This document shows positions 12,201-25,149 of a stretch of 64,000 nt of DNA, in pieces. Origin of the DNA: the human T2T-CHM13v2.0 reference genome, Homo sapiens; NCBI RefSeq assembly GCF_009914755.1, contig NC_060939.1; one strand, given 5' to 3'. Both the position numbers and the translations under genes were made by a program. The notes below the pieces were generated by a model. It was not told the origin of the DNA. It saw only the letters and a list, made by a program, of their open reading frames with translations, and made no database searches. The stretch's first letter is position 1. Every line of letters starts with the position of its first letter.

Positions 12201-13379
12201 GATAATATCCTAAAGTTTGTTTTCTAGCTTGGATCCATTCTTCCTGTCACTTTGAGGTGTACCAATCAATCGTAGGTTTGGTCTTTTCAAATAGTCCCAT
12301 ATAACTTAAAGGCATTGTTTAGCTCCATCAGGCCATTTATGTTTCTCTCTAAGCTGGTTATTCTAGTTAGCAGTTCCCATAACCTTTTATCAAGATACTT
12401 AGCTTCTTCGCATTGGGTTAGAACATGCTTCTTTAGCTCAGAGGAGTTTATTATTACCCACCTTCTGAAGCCTACTTCTGTCAATTCTTCAATCTCATTC
12501 TCCATCCAGTTTTGTGTCATTACTGGAGAGGTGTTGTGATCATTGGAGGAGAAAAGGCATTCTTGTTTCTGGAATTTTTGGCATTTTTGTGCCGGTTTTT
12601 CCTCATCTTCATGGATTTATCTACTTTCAATCTTTGGGGCTGATGACATTTGGATGGGGTTTTTTTTGGGGGGGTCCTTTCTGTTGATGTTGATGTTGTT
12701 GCTTTCTGCTTGTTAGTTTTTCTTCTAACAGCAAGGTTCTTCTGCAGGTCCAGTGCAGTTTGCTGGAGTTCCAATCCAGACCCTGTTCACCTGGGTGTCA
12801 CCAGTAAAGGCTGCAGAACAGCAAAGATTGCTGCCTTCTCCTTCTTCTGGAAACTTCATCCCAGGAGGATACCCGCCCAATGCCAAATGGAGCCCTTTTG
12901 TATGAGGTGTCTGTCAACCCCTGTTAGGAGGTTTCTCCCAGTCAGGAGTCACGGGGAACCCACTTGAGGAGACAGTCTCTTAGCAGAGCTGGTGCACTAT
13001 GCTGGCAGAATCCCTCTAGTCAAAATCAGCTGCTCTCTTCAGAGCCGGCAGGTAGGAATGATGAAATCCACTGAAGCTGCACCCACAGCCTCCCCTTCCC
13101 CCATGTGCTCTGTCCCAGGGAGATGGAGGTTTTCTGTGTAAGCCTCTGACTAGGGCTGTTACCTTTCCTTCAAATATGCCCTGCCCAATGAGGAGGACTC
13201 TAAAGAAGCAGTCTGCCACAGCCACTTTGCTGCACCCAACCCGGACCTTCCAGCCTCCTTGGCACTGTCAGGGGAAAACTGTCTACTAAAGCCTCAGTAA
13301 TGGTGGACTCCACTCCCCCCAACTGAGCTCAGTTGGCCCAGGTCAACTTCAGACTGCTGTGCTGGCAGCGAGAATTTCA
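9201..13379 (-). mobile_element. L1PA7/8-like LINE-1 with partial 5'UTR, ORF1, decayed ORF2 with two internal deletions, and 3'UTR
   Basis: ORF track gives ORF1 (12287-12520), the endonuclease start MITGSNSHTTILTININGLN (11425-11670) and RT-region fragments. 3'UTR carries taggttttaagcccc. Confidence 0.93.
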
Positions 13380-13721
13380 GGATGAGGAACACATTAGCTG
13401 TTTGTGATTTTCATGTCTGTTGCAGGGATTTGACCCATTGTTAGTGCTAGATTTGGAGTCTTAAAAAACAGATTTATCTTACTGAACTCAAAGTACAACT
13501 TGAAGATGTACTCAGCTGTTTACTTAAATTGCAGCAGGAGAAAATGTATCTTTGCAGATCTATTTTTATGTCATTTGCTTTTAGAGACGAGATTGTCTCT
13601 GGCACAGTAATTCAACTTAGTCTATGTCAAAAACATAGCCTGAAAATGCTCAAAAAAAATTATGAATAGCGGATTGTATTCTATGTGTTTTCAAATTTCT
13701 TCTATGATGTAAAATATATAA

Positions 13722-14076
<355 letters not shown>

Positions 14077-14382
14077 CCACTTTCCCAAACTATTAAAAGA
14101 CCTTCCAAGGTGGGTCAAAAGCATTTTTCAGAGGAGATTATTCCTAACAGTAAAGGATAATAACAGATGGATAAAAATCTCAAATAAATTATGCCTCTAT
14201 TTGCAGAAGTGTCACTCTCCAGAGTCTCCAAGATCCAGAGAATTTCCATGAGGTAGAGTAGTTTGTGGACATTTAGCAAAGTTGGTCCTGACTGCTGTCT
14301 CAGCCTCTTAATAGATGTGCAGCTATAGACAATTTACTGGACTTACAACAGTTATATAAACCTGGGCTGCAAGAAAACGCAT

Positions 14383-14520
14383 AACACTGATTGCAAGAAT
14401 GGCAATCACTTCTCATTCCTCTCTGATCTGGGCCCTCTGCAATGTACACTTGAGGATGCTTCCATGGAGGGAAAGATTTTCTTTTCCCAAATCTTGGATC
14501 GGGCTGGCCTTATTTGCTCT
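14383..14520 (+). mobile_element. MLT1 (F/G-like) 5' fragment
   Basis: gattgcaagaatggc..ctctgcaatgt..ttggatcgggctggcctt pattern. Confidence 0.45.
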
Positions 14521-14529
14521 GCCTCATTC

Positions 14530-16100
14530 ATACTTTTTGTTCTAATAAAATAATTAAGATGTTTAGTGTCTCATCCCAGCCTTTATCTTGTTAAAACTAT
14601 ATCTTATAATATGTCATCTCTCTTTACTATATTTGGTTATATTCATTCTATTCAATACTCAGGTAATTTTTTATCTCTGTTTAATTTAGTGTTTCACCTA
14701 TACCTTGTCCTAATTTTTTTATTCTTTACATTCTACCGAGCTGTGATTCAAATATGATATTTGAATATGGAAAATGGTGGCCTAGTTTTTCTTCAGAAAT
14801 TTATTTTTATTTACTTGTGTTCTTTAGTTTTTAACTTGGTTCCAATATTTGGGAAATATCACATTTGAGATGTCTGTAGTCATGTTATTTCTGTGCTTAT
14901 TCCATTTTCCCTTGGAGGAAGGTGGACAGCATACAGACTTGACATCCTTGTGATCTATCAGTATCTGAAGGGACCACTTTTTTTCAGTTTGATTACTTCT
15001 CTGGCTTATTCTCTTGATTTACTTTAGCTTTCATCAAGTGCTTATATATTTTTAAACTGTATTCATTATTTTCATAGTTCTTGTAGCTTCTTGAGAACTT
15101 TTACTTGTCTACACTAAAATATTTAAAAATATGTAGCCTTTTCTTCTGAAAGCACAAATATGCAGTGTACACATGAGTAGAATATTTCATAGGCATTGGG
15201 CAGCATACAACCACATATTATGAGATATTCCGTTTCTTCATTCAAAACATCTCTCTCAAATATGTAGTAATAGTCACTTGTAAGGGGTAGTTCTTTTGAT
15301 ACTTAAAATTTTCTTTTATGTGCCTTTATGAAAATATATACTTAACTACAGAGAACAGAACTCTGTGCTTCCTTTTAGTATGTCCTTGGCCTCACAAAAA
15401 TAATTCATGGAATCTTATATTTATTTTATAAATTAATTTAATGAAACAAAATTTGTGCATGGCTAAATATTACTTGTTGAGTACAATTTAGAATTTCTAC
15501 TGTCATTTTAGTGTCCTAAAAGATATGACCTGTTGAATTTCTGCTCTCATGAAATGAATGATATTGTTAGGCCTAAACTCTTGCCATTTATTTTCCCCCT
15601 CTGTCATACAGTGTGTATCTTTGGTTCACTGCTGAAAAATTTTATTAATTTTTCTCTCTTGCTAGTAGTCATACTTTCTAATAAAGTTATTTATCATTAC
15701 TTGTGTTTATTTAGTTACTGTATGTTAAACATTTGATTTCTGATGGTCTTAATGTCATTTAATATAATTGTAAATATTTCAATTTGTCATTATTAACAAA
15801 TTTCTGTATTATATATTTTAGAGTCAGCTATTAAGTATATGTGGGTAAATGACTTAGAATAATTTCTAAAACATTGTAGGGGCTACTAAGTACTAATAAC
15901 CCTGATTCATTAAATTTTTATTCCTTATAATATTCTTTATTTACTAAATTATTTTGTAATCTTATTTAAATTTATTCTTTTCTTTTCTAAATATTTGTGA
16001 AAAAGGGGTTAGGCTAATGTGTCATTTTGATAAAACTTCATGTCAAATGATATGTTTCACTGGTTTCTTTTAGATGTAATAGCTTTTTTGACTCAGGCAA
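14530..16100 (-). mobile_element. Very old L1M-type fragments, T-rich
   Basis: Strong T skew with weak L1-like phrases; boundaries uncertain. Confidence 0.4.
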
Positions 16101-16269
16101 TACATGCAAGTATGAAGTATAAAAATTATAGTCTCAATCCTTAAGCTGAGGAAAAACTTGGCTATTTATTGATTTTAACAAAGCTACATTATCCCACGTA
16201 ATACATAAAACTTTCACAAAGCTACATTATCCCACATAACAGGCATACCAGCTGCTTAGATCTGGAAAC

Positions 16270-17225
16270 ATGGATTGTTACAAATTAGAAGTAAATAACT
16301 TGATAGGCCCAATTTAACAAATGAAGCTCAAGAAGTGGAAGATATGAGACCTATAATGAAAGATTAAATTATTTTAAAAATCTTACCACAAAGAAAAATG
16401 AGAGTCAAATACTTTAACTGTTAAATTATACAAAATATTTCATAAAAATACCAATCCTTTACAAATACACACCATACATAGATAAGAGATAAACAACCCC
16501 TAACTACTTTATGAGGCCAATATTACTATACCAAAGCCAGACAAACCCATCATGTGTTAGGATTAATATGGGTACATACGGCTGATAAATAAAGACACAT
16601 AATTCTCAAAAAGTACTAATAAGTTAAATACAGAAACACGTAAAAGTAATTATACACCATGGCCAAGTACAATCTTTTTACAAATGAAGTGGCTTAATAT
16701 CTAAAAACCAATAATTTAATACACAACATTGATAAAGTGAAGAACATAAAATGATCCTTTTAATAGACACAGAAAAGCTTGTGATACAAACAACACTGAT
16801 TCATTATAAAATCCTTAACATACTAGGAAGGAAAAACTTACTGGAACTACTAAAAAAGATTCATGAAAATTTCCCACTAATATTACACTTGCTGATGAAA
16901 GACTAGGCTCTTTGCCTCACAGTTGTGGGAAACAGATAAGCATGGCTACTTTCGCTACTCTACTAAATTGAACTAAAGGTGTTAGGCAGAGAAATTATAT
17001 AATAAAAACAAATAAAACTTCTAAATTTATAAAATAAACTTTTATTGTAAATGGCATCAACTTATATTCAAGAATTTTTAAAGAGTTTACAAAAATCAAC
17101 TGGAACTAATAAATGAGTTCAGCAGGTCACAAGATACAAGATAAATGCACAATATTAAATTGCACTTTTATACAGTAACTGGGGGCAATCAGTAAATAAA
17201 ATTAGAAAAAATAATTCTACTCATT
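16270..17225 (+). mobile_element. Old L1M ORF2 fragment
   Basis: ttatgaggccaatattac..ccaaagccagacaaa and ctggaactaataaatgagttcagcaggtcacaagatacaagataaat match L1 ORF2. Confidence 0.75.
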
Positions 17226-17234
17226 AGCTCAATG

Positions 17235-19850
17235 TGTAGTGGCTTAAAATTCCAAATATGCATTATGTCTTATTTTCTGTTGGCTACAAATACTGACACA
17301 GCTTAGTTGAATGGGTCTACCACAATGTCCTCATGTGTCCGGAATTGGTGGGTTCTTGGTCTCACTGACTTCAAGAATGAAGCCGCGGACCCTCACGGTG
17401 AGTGTTACAGTTCTTAAAGGCAGCGTGCCTGGAGTTTTTCCCTTCTAATGTCAGCATGTGTTTGGAGTTTCTTTCTTCTGGTGGGTTCGTGGTCTTTCTG
17501 GCTCAGGAGTGAAGCTGCAGACCTTTGTGGTGAGTGTTACAGCTCATAAAGGCAGTGTGGACCCAAAGAGTGAGCAGCAGCAGGATTTATTGCAAAGAGC
17601 AAAAGAACAAAGCTTCCACAGTGTGGATGGGGACCCGAGAGGGTTGCCACTGCTGGATCAGGCAGCTGCTTTTATTCTCTTATCTGGCCCCACCCACATC
17701 CTGCTGATTGGTCCATTTTACAGAGAGCCAATTGGTCTGTTTTACAGAGAGCTGATTGGTCCCTTTTCACAGGGTGCTGATTGATGCATTTACAATCCTT
17801 GAGCTAGACACAAAAGTTCACCACGTCTCTACTAGATTAGCTAGATACAGAGTGTTGATTGGTGTATGTACAAACCCTGAGCTAGACACAGGGTGCTGAT
17901 TTGTGTGTTTATAAACCTTGAGCTAGATACAAAGTGTCGATTGGTGTATTTACAATCCCTTATCTAGACATAAATTTTCTCCAAGTCCCCACCAGACTCA
18001 GGAGCCCAGCTGGCTTCACCCAGTGGATCCCACACCAGGGCCGCAGGTGGAGCTGCCTGCCTGCCAGTCACACGCTGTGCTCCCGAACTCCTCAGCCCTT
18101 GGGTTGTTGATGGGACTGGGTGCCATGGAACAGGGGGTGGAGCTCGTTGGGGAGGCTCGGGCCGCACAGGAGCCCTTGGCCGGAGTGGGGGAGAGGCTCA
18201 GGCAAGGCGGGCTGCAGTTCCCGAGCCCTGCCCCGTGGGGAGGCAGCTAAGGCCTGGCGAGAAGTCGAGCACAGCAGCTGCTGGCCCAGGTGCTAAGCCC
18301 CTCACTGCCTGGGGCTGGCAGGGCCAGCTGGCCGCTCCAAGTGCGGGGCCACCAAGCCCACGCCCACCCGGAACTCGCGTTGGCCCGGAAGCACCGCGGG
18401 CAGCCTCGGTTCCTGCCCACTCCCCGCAAGATAAGGGAGCCGGCTCCGGCATTGGCCTGCTGAGAAAGGGGCTCCCACAGTGCAGCGGTGAGCTGAAGGG
18501 CTCCTCAAGCGCGGCCAGAGTGGGCCCCAAGGCTGAGGAGGCACCAAGAGTGAGCGAGGGCTGTGAGGGCTGCCAGCATGCTGTCACCTCTCACTCATGA
18601 GACTGAAGCTGTGTCTCAACTGAAGCTTGACTGGGAAGGATGCACTTCTGAGCTCAATCTGGTTAGTTGTGCATTATTGTTTTGACTCAGTTCTTAGTTT
18701 CTTTCTGTCTTTGGTCAGGGCACTCTCTCCATTCTCTGTCACACAAGCCTGTAAAAATGAAAGCTTAAAACACTGAAGCTCGCTTCTCCAGAGCAAAGTA
18801 TGCGACAGACAGAGAGAAAGACAGGAAAAAAGGAAGTAAACAATATCACAAGAGAGAGAAAGTAAGAAGCAAGTGACAATCTTTTCATAATCAAATATTG
18901 GAAGTGACATTCCCTATTTTCCAATGTATTCTACTGCCATGAAGTGAGTCACTAACCACTTACTGTTTACATTTGGGTGTGTATAGTTGGAAATAAAAAT
19001 TATTATGAGCCATCATGAAGGCTGTGCACTATGTATGCCAAGGTGAGACAAATGGGCCTGATTCTAAATATAACGAGAAGGTACTACAATGTGTGTTGTT
19101 GTTATTGTTGTTGTTCTGGCCAAAGAATAACAACATCTAAATTTTATTCAATTTCAATGTTTTCATGGTGGAGTTTGAAAAATAAATTCAAGAGGGGACA
19201 TGACTTTCTCAAGATTCAAGTTATAAAACCCAGGCATGTTTGAGAGATATTCAAGCAATGTCCCATCCCTTGTAGTTTCTTTCTCTAAGTTTATGCAGTA
19301 GCTGTGTTTAATATCAAACCCAACAGTCATGCGTATCATTTTATACATATCTCATGAGATCCCTTGCAGCTGGATGCCACCATAATCCCCACTGTGCAGG
19401 CTGTGAGACTATGGAGCCCCTGAGAGGCACAATGACATACTTGGCATCACAGAATTAATACATTAAACATAAAGACTTTAACTCAGCTTGTATCCTCAAA
19501 CTTGCGGCTCTGGCTGCATTCCATTTCCTCCGGGACTGGTGCAGGAGGTGCTGTATTTGCATAATTGTGCACAAGTAATCAGATGACTTGGGAGAGAATG
19601 GTGAGCAGTCAGCAGTGCAGAAAAGCCTTTGAGTAGGTCTTATTGAAGGAAGATAGGTCTTATTGAAAGAAGAATAATACCTTCAAGAAGTGACCTCATT
19701 TCTTTGGTGAAAGGCCCTAACAGTACTAAGTATTCTGGTAACCAAAAACTCACATTCTAAAGACAGTCGACCATACAGCACTGTTGGCCAGAATCTCTCA
19801 AGAGAGAAAGATGTTCTGCTGTATAACAACTTTCTGAGGCTCTTTCTTTG
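17235..19850 (+). repeat. Ancient duplicated block, copy 3 (interrupted by LTR12)
   Basis: Same anchors and order as copy 2. Carries a private 20-bp tandem duplication at 19634-19673. Confidence 0.75.
17334..18593 (-). mobile_element. Solo LTR12 (ERV9 LTR, C/D-like), 1260 bp
   Basis: Termini tgtgtccggaattggtgggttcttgg and ctgtcacctctca; 4-bp TSD ctca (17330-17333, 18594-18597); tandem gattgg (CCAAT) repeats at 17700-17945. Confidence 0.95.
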
Positions 19851-20092
19851 AGGTTCTGTTCCTCACAAGTAGCACCTTCTAGCTATGTCTTCACACGACA
19901 GAAGGGGCATGAATATTCCTTTCAACCTCCGTCACACGGGCACTATTATTTTCTCGTTAACATGCAGCCCTCCTGACTTAATAACTTTCTCAAAGTTCCA
20001 ATAACTAATAGTATCACACTGAATCCACGTGTGGATTAAGTTTTTAAATATGAATGTGGAGAGTGAGGAACACAAATATCCAGACCATAGCA
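19850..20092 (-). mobile_element. MLT1A/MST-like LTR fragment
   Basis: cagccctcctgacttaataac..aatatgaatgtgg..cacaaatatccagaccatagca terminus. Confidence 0.65.
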
Positions 20093-20195
20093 AAAAGTTA
20101 ATAAGCAATAACAATTGCAGTGGACAGTATTATTAATGCTTGGGATATGGGAATTTGATGTTTCTATCACAAAGGTTAAACAATGGTTTATCCTT

Positions 20196-20497
20196 GGCCG
20201 GGCATGATGGCTCAAGCCTGTAATCCAAGCACTTTGGGATGTCAAGGCAGGCGGATCACAAGGTCAGGAGATCGAGACCATCCTGGCTAATACGGTGAAA
20301 CCCCGTCTCTAGTAAAAGTCCAAAAACATTGCTGGGTGTGGTGGCGGGCGCCTGTAGTCCCCGCTACTAGGGAAGCTGAGGCAGGAAAAAGGTGTGAACC
20401 CAGGAGGTGGAGCTTTCAGTGAGCTGAGATCACACCAGTGCACTACAGCCTCGGAGACACAGCAAGACTCCATCAAAAAAATAAAATTAAATTAAAA
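20196..20497 (+). mobile_element. AluY
   Basis: ggatcacaaggtcaggagatcgagaccatcctggctaa and A-rich tail; no clear TSD. Confidence 0.92.
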
Positions 20498-21570
20498 CAT
20501 ATAACAAAATTAAGGTCCAATTAAAGGTAAATATATATAGCAAAAAAAAAATTCAAGCTCTGATAAGGTTAATTGTAACAGATTGTGCCAGAATTTTGAG
20601 ATTTCTGGGGATGGACAGAGCCCAAGAGTTTCCTTCTATAACAATTTCTGTGAAGTTTCTTACACTCTTATTCAATTTGAACGTGGATAAATGGGTTTTC
20701 TCTGTTTTGTTATTTAAGAGATTCATGATAAGGAAGGCCTATTTATGCATGATTCTTAAACAATTATTGAGTCAGTGGTGTCTGCTGAGGAAGGGCACAG
20801 AATCTCATGCCCACAGAAGCATGATGTTCTGTCAGATAGGAGACTTCTCCCAGAGCCAGAACTTCATCTTTCAAATGGAATTAGAGATTTTCACAGGCAT
20901 ACATTGCTCTGAAGCCCTATCAGAGGCTTAGCACTGAGAATATGACCAAAGAAGGTGACTAATAAACATATGACCTAGTACTCTGATCTACAGTGATTCT
21001 ACCCTCTCAAATAGCTCTTCCCTGGCTCTGGAATCTTTTCTGGATTCATCTACCAGAAACAGATACACTGAAAGATTGAGAAGAAGCTTTTATTCTCACT
21101 GTGAGTCTTGCCCTGTCTCACCATCTTCTCTAGAAGTGCAATGTTCTAACTATTCCTGAGAGACTTCATCTCAGGTAGCTCTCTCTGACAACATAATTGA
21201 GAAGAGAAACGAGCAAGACTCAGATTATTTTGAAGGCTTGTCTAGGGTTCTTACATGATTTATGTCTCCAATTTATGTCAATATTGACAAATATAGATTC
21301 ATCTCTAGATGGTAGAAAAACAGAAGGAGGAGCCTCTGCTCACAGAGAAAATAAAAGATGAATTCAATGTTTTGTAGAGCCAGCTTATTTTAAACCATGG
21401 GGCATTTAATCTTTTTAGAAAAAAACAAAAGCAATAGGGTTTTTTGTTTTTGTTTTTGCTTTTGCTTTTGTGTTTTCGTTTTGGTTTTTTTTTTTTGTTT
21501 GTTTTTTCCCTGAAGCAACTCAACTGTGGCCTCAGACAACTGGGCACTGAGAACGCATGCTCCTCACTAG

Positions 21571-21898
<328 letters not shown>

Positions 21899-22473
21899 CA
21901 AAGGATTCTTAAGGGTGATATGGGGGATGGAATGGAAAAAATAAACTTAGTCTTTGCACTTCCACCTGGTCTAACTAACCCTACTCTCATCCTATCCCAA
22001 AATTATTGCCAGACTTTTCTGGAGTGTGCCAGGGGCAATTCAGAAGGAAAAGAGGTTATTCATGCCTATCCATTTCCCATAGCTCCTGAGATCTAAGTCG
22101 TTCACTCCCCTGGTTTCAGGTTGTTGCTCCCCTTCTATATCCTCAGAATTAATGTGATCCATTCCAATACTTATAATTGTACCTTTATCTGATCCCCTCC
22201 TATTTTGCTGTAGACATTTTATGTAGTAGATCCAGTTGTAATAGAGACAAGAATGTTTATATACACCATAATCAGAACTAAATTGGAGTTCCATAACCCC
22301 TTTTTTGACTGGGCTGCTACTCAGAAATCATACAAACCAGGCTGCCTGGAGGTTGCAGTTAGGAGAAATCACATCTTGCCCAGGAATGTCAGTGTGGAAA
22401 CTCAGATTTGGAAAATAGATTCCTATAGCCCCAATCATTTTGCAACACTTCTGCAGAGTTAAAAGAAAGCCAG

Positions 22474-22825
22474 TATCTAACAGAAAATCTTGAGCTTGCA
22501 GAATAACAGAAAAGAAAAAAAAAACAAAAACACAACTTGCCAAAACACTGAAACTCCCTCTACTTATGAAATAAACAAACTGGCTTAAATTGGTGGAATC
22601 ATTATGGCCAAATGGTGTTTTGGCAGAATCACCTTGCTGAGGTCACCGTCTGAATTTTCACTGCCTGTTTCATCACAACTCCCCTTCAGTTTGCCTATGA
22701 CATCCATGAGGAGGCAATGAGCTTGAGAGTAACGTTTCAGTATAAAATTGCTTTCTCTTAAAAACCTGATGTCATAGTATTGGCTTCTAGCACTTCAAGA
22801 AGTGAGCTCCTTTTACTCAATAACA
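22474..22825 (+). mobile_element. ERV1 (MER4-group) LTR with internal deletion
   Basis: Homologous to 7165-7645 but lacks part of the middle. Confidence 0.6.
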
Positions 22826-24429
22826 ATGTTATCTATATCTTAGAGACAGTCAACAGGAGATAATCTCTTCTGGGACCAAAGAAGGTGACTAATAAACCAT
22901 TTAATCAACACATTACCTAACCAAAAGCTGTGGACCCTGATGAGGAAAATAAGTTAAAATGAGACTATTGGCTCATTTTAATAGATATGGTGATAAAAGC
23001 AAAAAAAAAAAAAAAGAGAGAGAATTTAAGCGGTCTCAAATACCTAAAAGATGACATGGATTAGCTTCAAGTAACACATAATGTGGCTGGAGTCAGCTGA
23101 TCTTTATGCTGAAAGTGTCAACAGTAGTGACAAATACTTCAAGTAACGGGTCAAAAGTCTAAGACAGTCATTCTGCCAGAAATGGTCTGGGACTTCCCCA
23201 TACATGGGACACGTAGATCAACTTTCTCCAAGAACCACCAACCTGGCATGCAGTGATGACCTCTGCAGTAGACAGGGATTTAGGCTTGATTGTTGTTCAT
23301 CTCTTTGGAGACATAACCCTAATTGTGAACTTCTAAATTAATGGCCTGACAATTAGATCAGCAGCTAAGATAAATTTCAGTTTGCAGCCCCAAAGAAGAT
23401 GTTCTTAATTAGACAGTTAATCATTTTCAATATGGAAGCCTAAACACGTAGAATGTGGCAATAACCCGGAACTCTCAGTTCTGACAATTGAGTGAAGTAA
23501 TCACCCCAGATTCAGGTTCTTCATTGGCTGACAATGAGATCAAACACCCACACCAGCCCAGTGAACACCATGAGGTGTCATCTTCCCTGGCCCATTAGTG
23601 AACCAGGAACAGATATTTAGAAAATATTCAGTAAATTGGGGAGTCCCACAGAGTCAGAAAGTTTGCTTGAGATAGTGGAGGGTGGCATAAAATTTCTACC
23701 GAATATGAATTTTAATTTTTACTTTAGTGCCGTTTCTATTTTAGTCTAATTTCCTTCTAGAATATGTTATTTCTATTTACCAAGTGGCCTCCTGTGGTCT
23801 TTTTCATAGAGTTCAAATCGACCCATCTAAAAACAGAAAGATCAAGCTAACGACCTCCCTCAGGGGTCAGAATTCAGTTTCACAGCTCTGTAGCAAGCTC
23901 ATTGTTGACTTACAAATTAGTGTAACCAATAGTAACGTCATGGTGACCATAACTCCAACATCCCAAAAAGTACCTCAAGTTAGAGGCTGACTTCATTTAT
24001 CAGAGGATTCAAATGGCAAAATCAAGCTTTACTAGATCACTGGATTACTGGAAGAAGTGAGCAATGCGAATCTGCAATATAGTTTCACTAAACTTTAATA
24101 GGACAGCAAGACTGTAGATATTTTAGCCCTCTCAAAATATGAATCTTCTGATCCTTTCATCTAGAATCTCTATGTGTGCCATAAAGTCCTAACTCTGCTT
24201 GTGCCTATACTTTCTGTTCATGCAGAGATTAAAAGACAAACAGGTGGGAGCTTAGTGTTTTAGCGTTTTTCCTGAGAATCTGTCTAGCCTAGAGCATCCC
24301 CATTTTTTTCTAGATTCCAAGGAGTACTATCACTATCCTAATTCTCAGTGTCTTGTTTCCAAGTATTTCCTCCTACGATTGTCAGCGTGACTACCTTTTT
24401 ACCCCACTGATAGTGTTTGCTCCAGGTGA

Positions 24430-25145
24430 ACTGGGTAGTTCATTTTTATTTAAATGCTTCCATAAGCGTTAAGCTATTAATTTAAGATTTCTTTGTTTTT
24501 TATAAAGTAATTCTGCTGTTTCCCTCAGAGCTCAACTTTCACTAAGTCTCATAAATTTTATTATGTTTTGTCTAAATGTCTATTTATGTTAAAATATTCT
24601 CTGACACTATTTGTACATTTTTTATTCATTAATTATTTAAGATTGTGTCATTTAATGCACACATGTTTGCATTTCCCAAATTTCTTGCTTTTTTGGTCTC
24701 TAATTTTCTCTTTTGTGATTAGAAAACATTCATTTTATTATTTCAATCTTTCAATTTTATTGATTTTTTTTATGATGCAGCATATTCTCCATTCTAGAGA
24801 ATGTTCTATGTGCATTTGGGAAGAATATATATTCTGATTTGGGGTGAAGAGTTCTCCATATATCTCTAGTTTTATTTGGTTTATGTTATTCATGTCTTCT
24901 ATTTCCTTGTTTCTCTTATGTCTAGTTCTTCTACCCAATAGTGTAAGTGGGGAAGTGAAGCTTGCAATTTTTATTGTTGAAACTATCGTTGCAACTATTT
25001 CTGCCTTTATTTCTATCAGTTTTGCTTTATGTACTTCTGTGAACTTTTGTCACATTCATATATGTTAATTTATTTTCCTCATGAATTTATCCTTCTAATT
25101 ATAATCTATCTTCATCTCTAGTAATAGTATTTGTTGTCTTAAAGT
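24430..25145 (-). mobile_element. Old L1M fragment (ORF2 5' region)
   Basis: ORF 24738-24938 resembles L1 endonuclease; gaagaatatatattctg motif. Confidence 0.6.
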
Positions 25146-25149
25146 ATAT

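Noticed and set aside
17690-17970. Regular repeats of about 23-41 bp
   Set aside because: Known internal CCAAT sub-repeats of LTR12.
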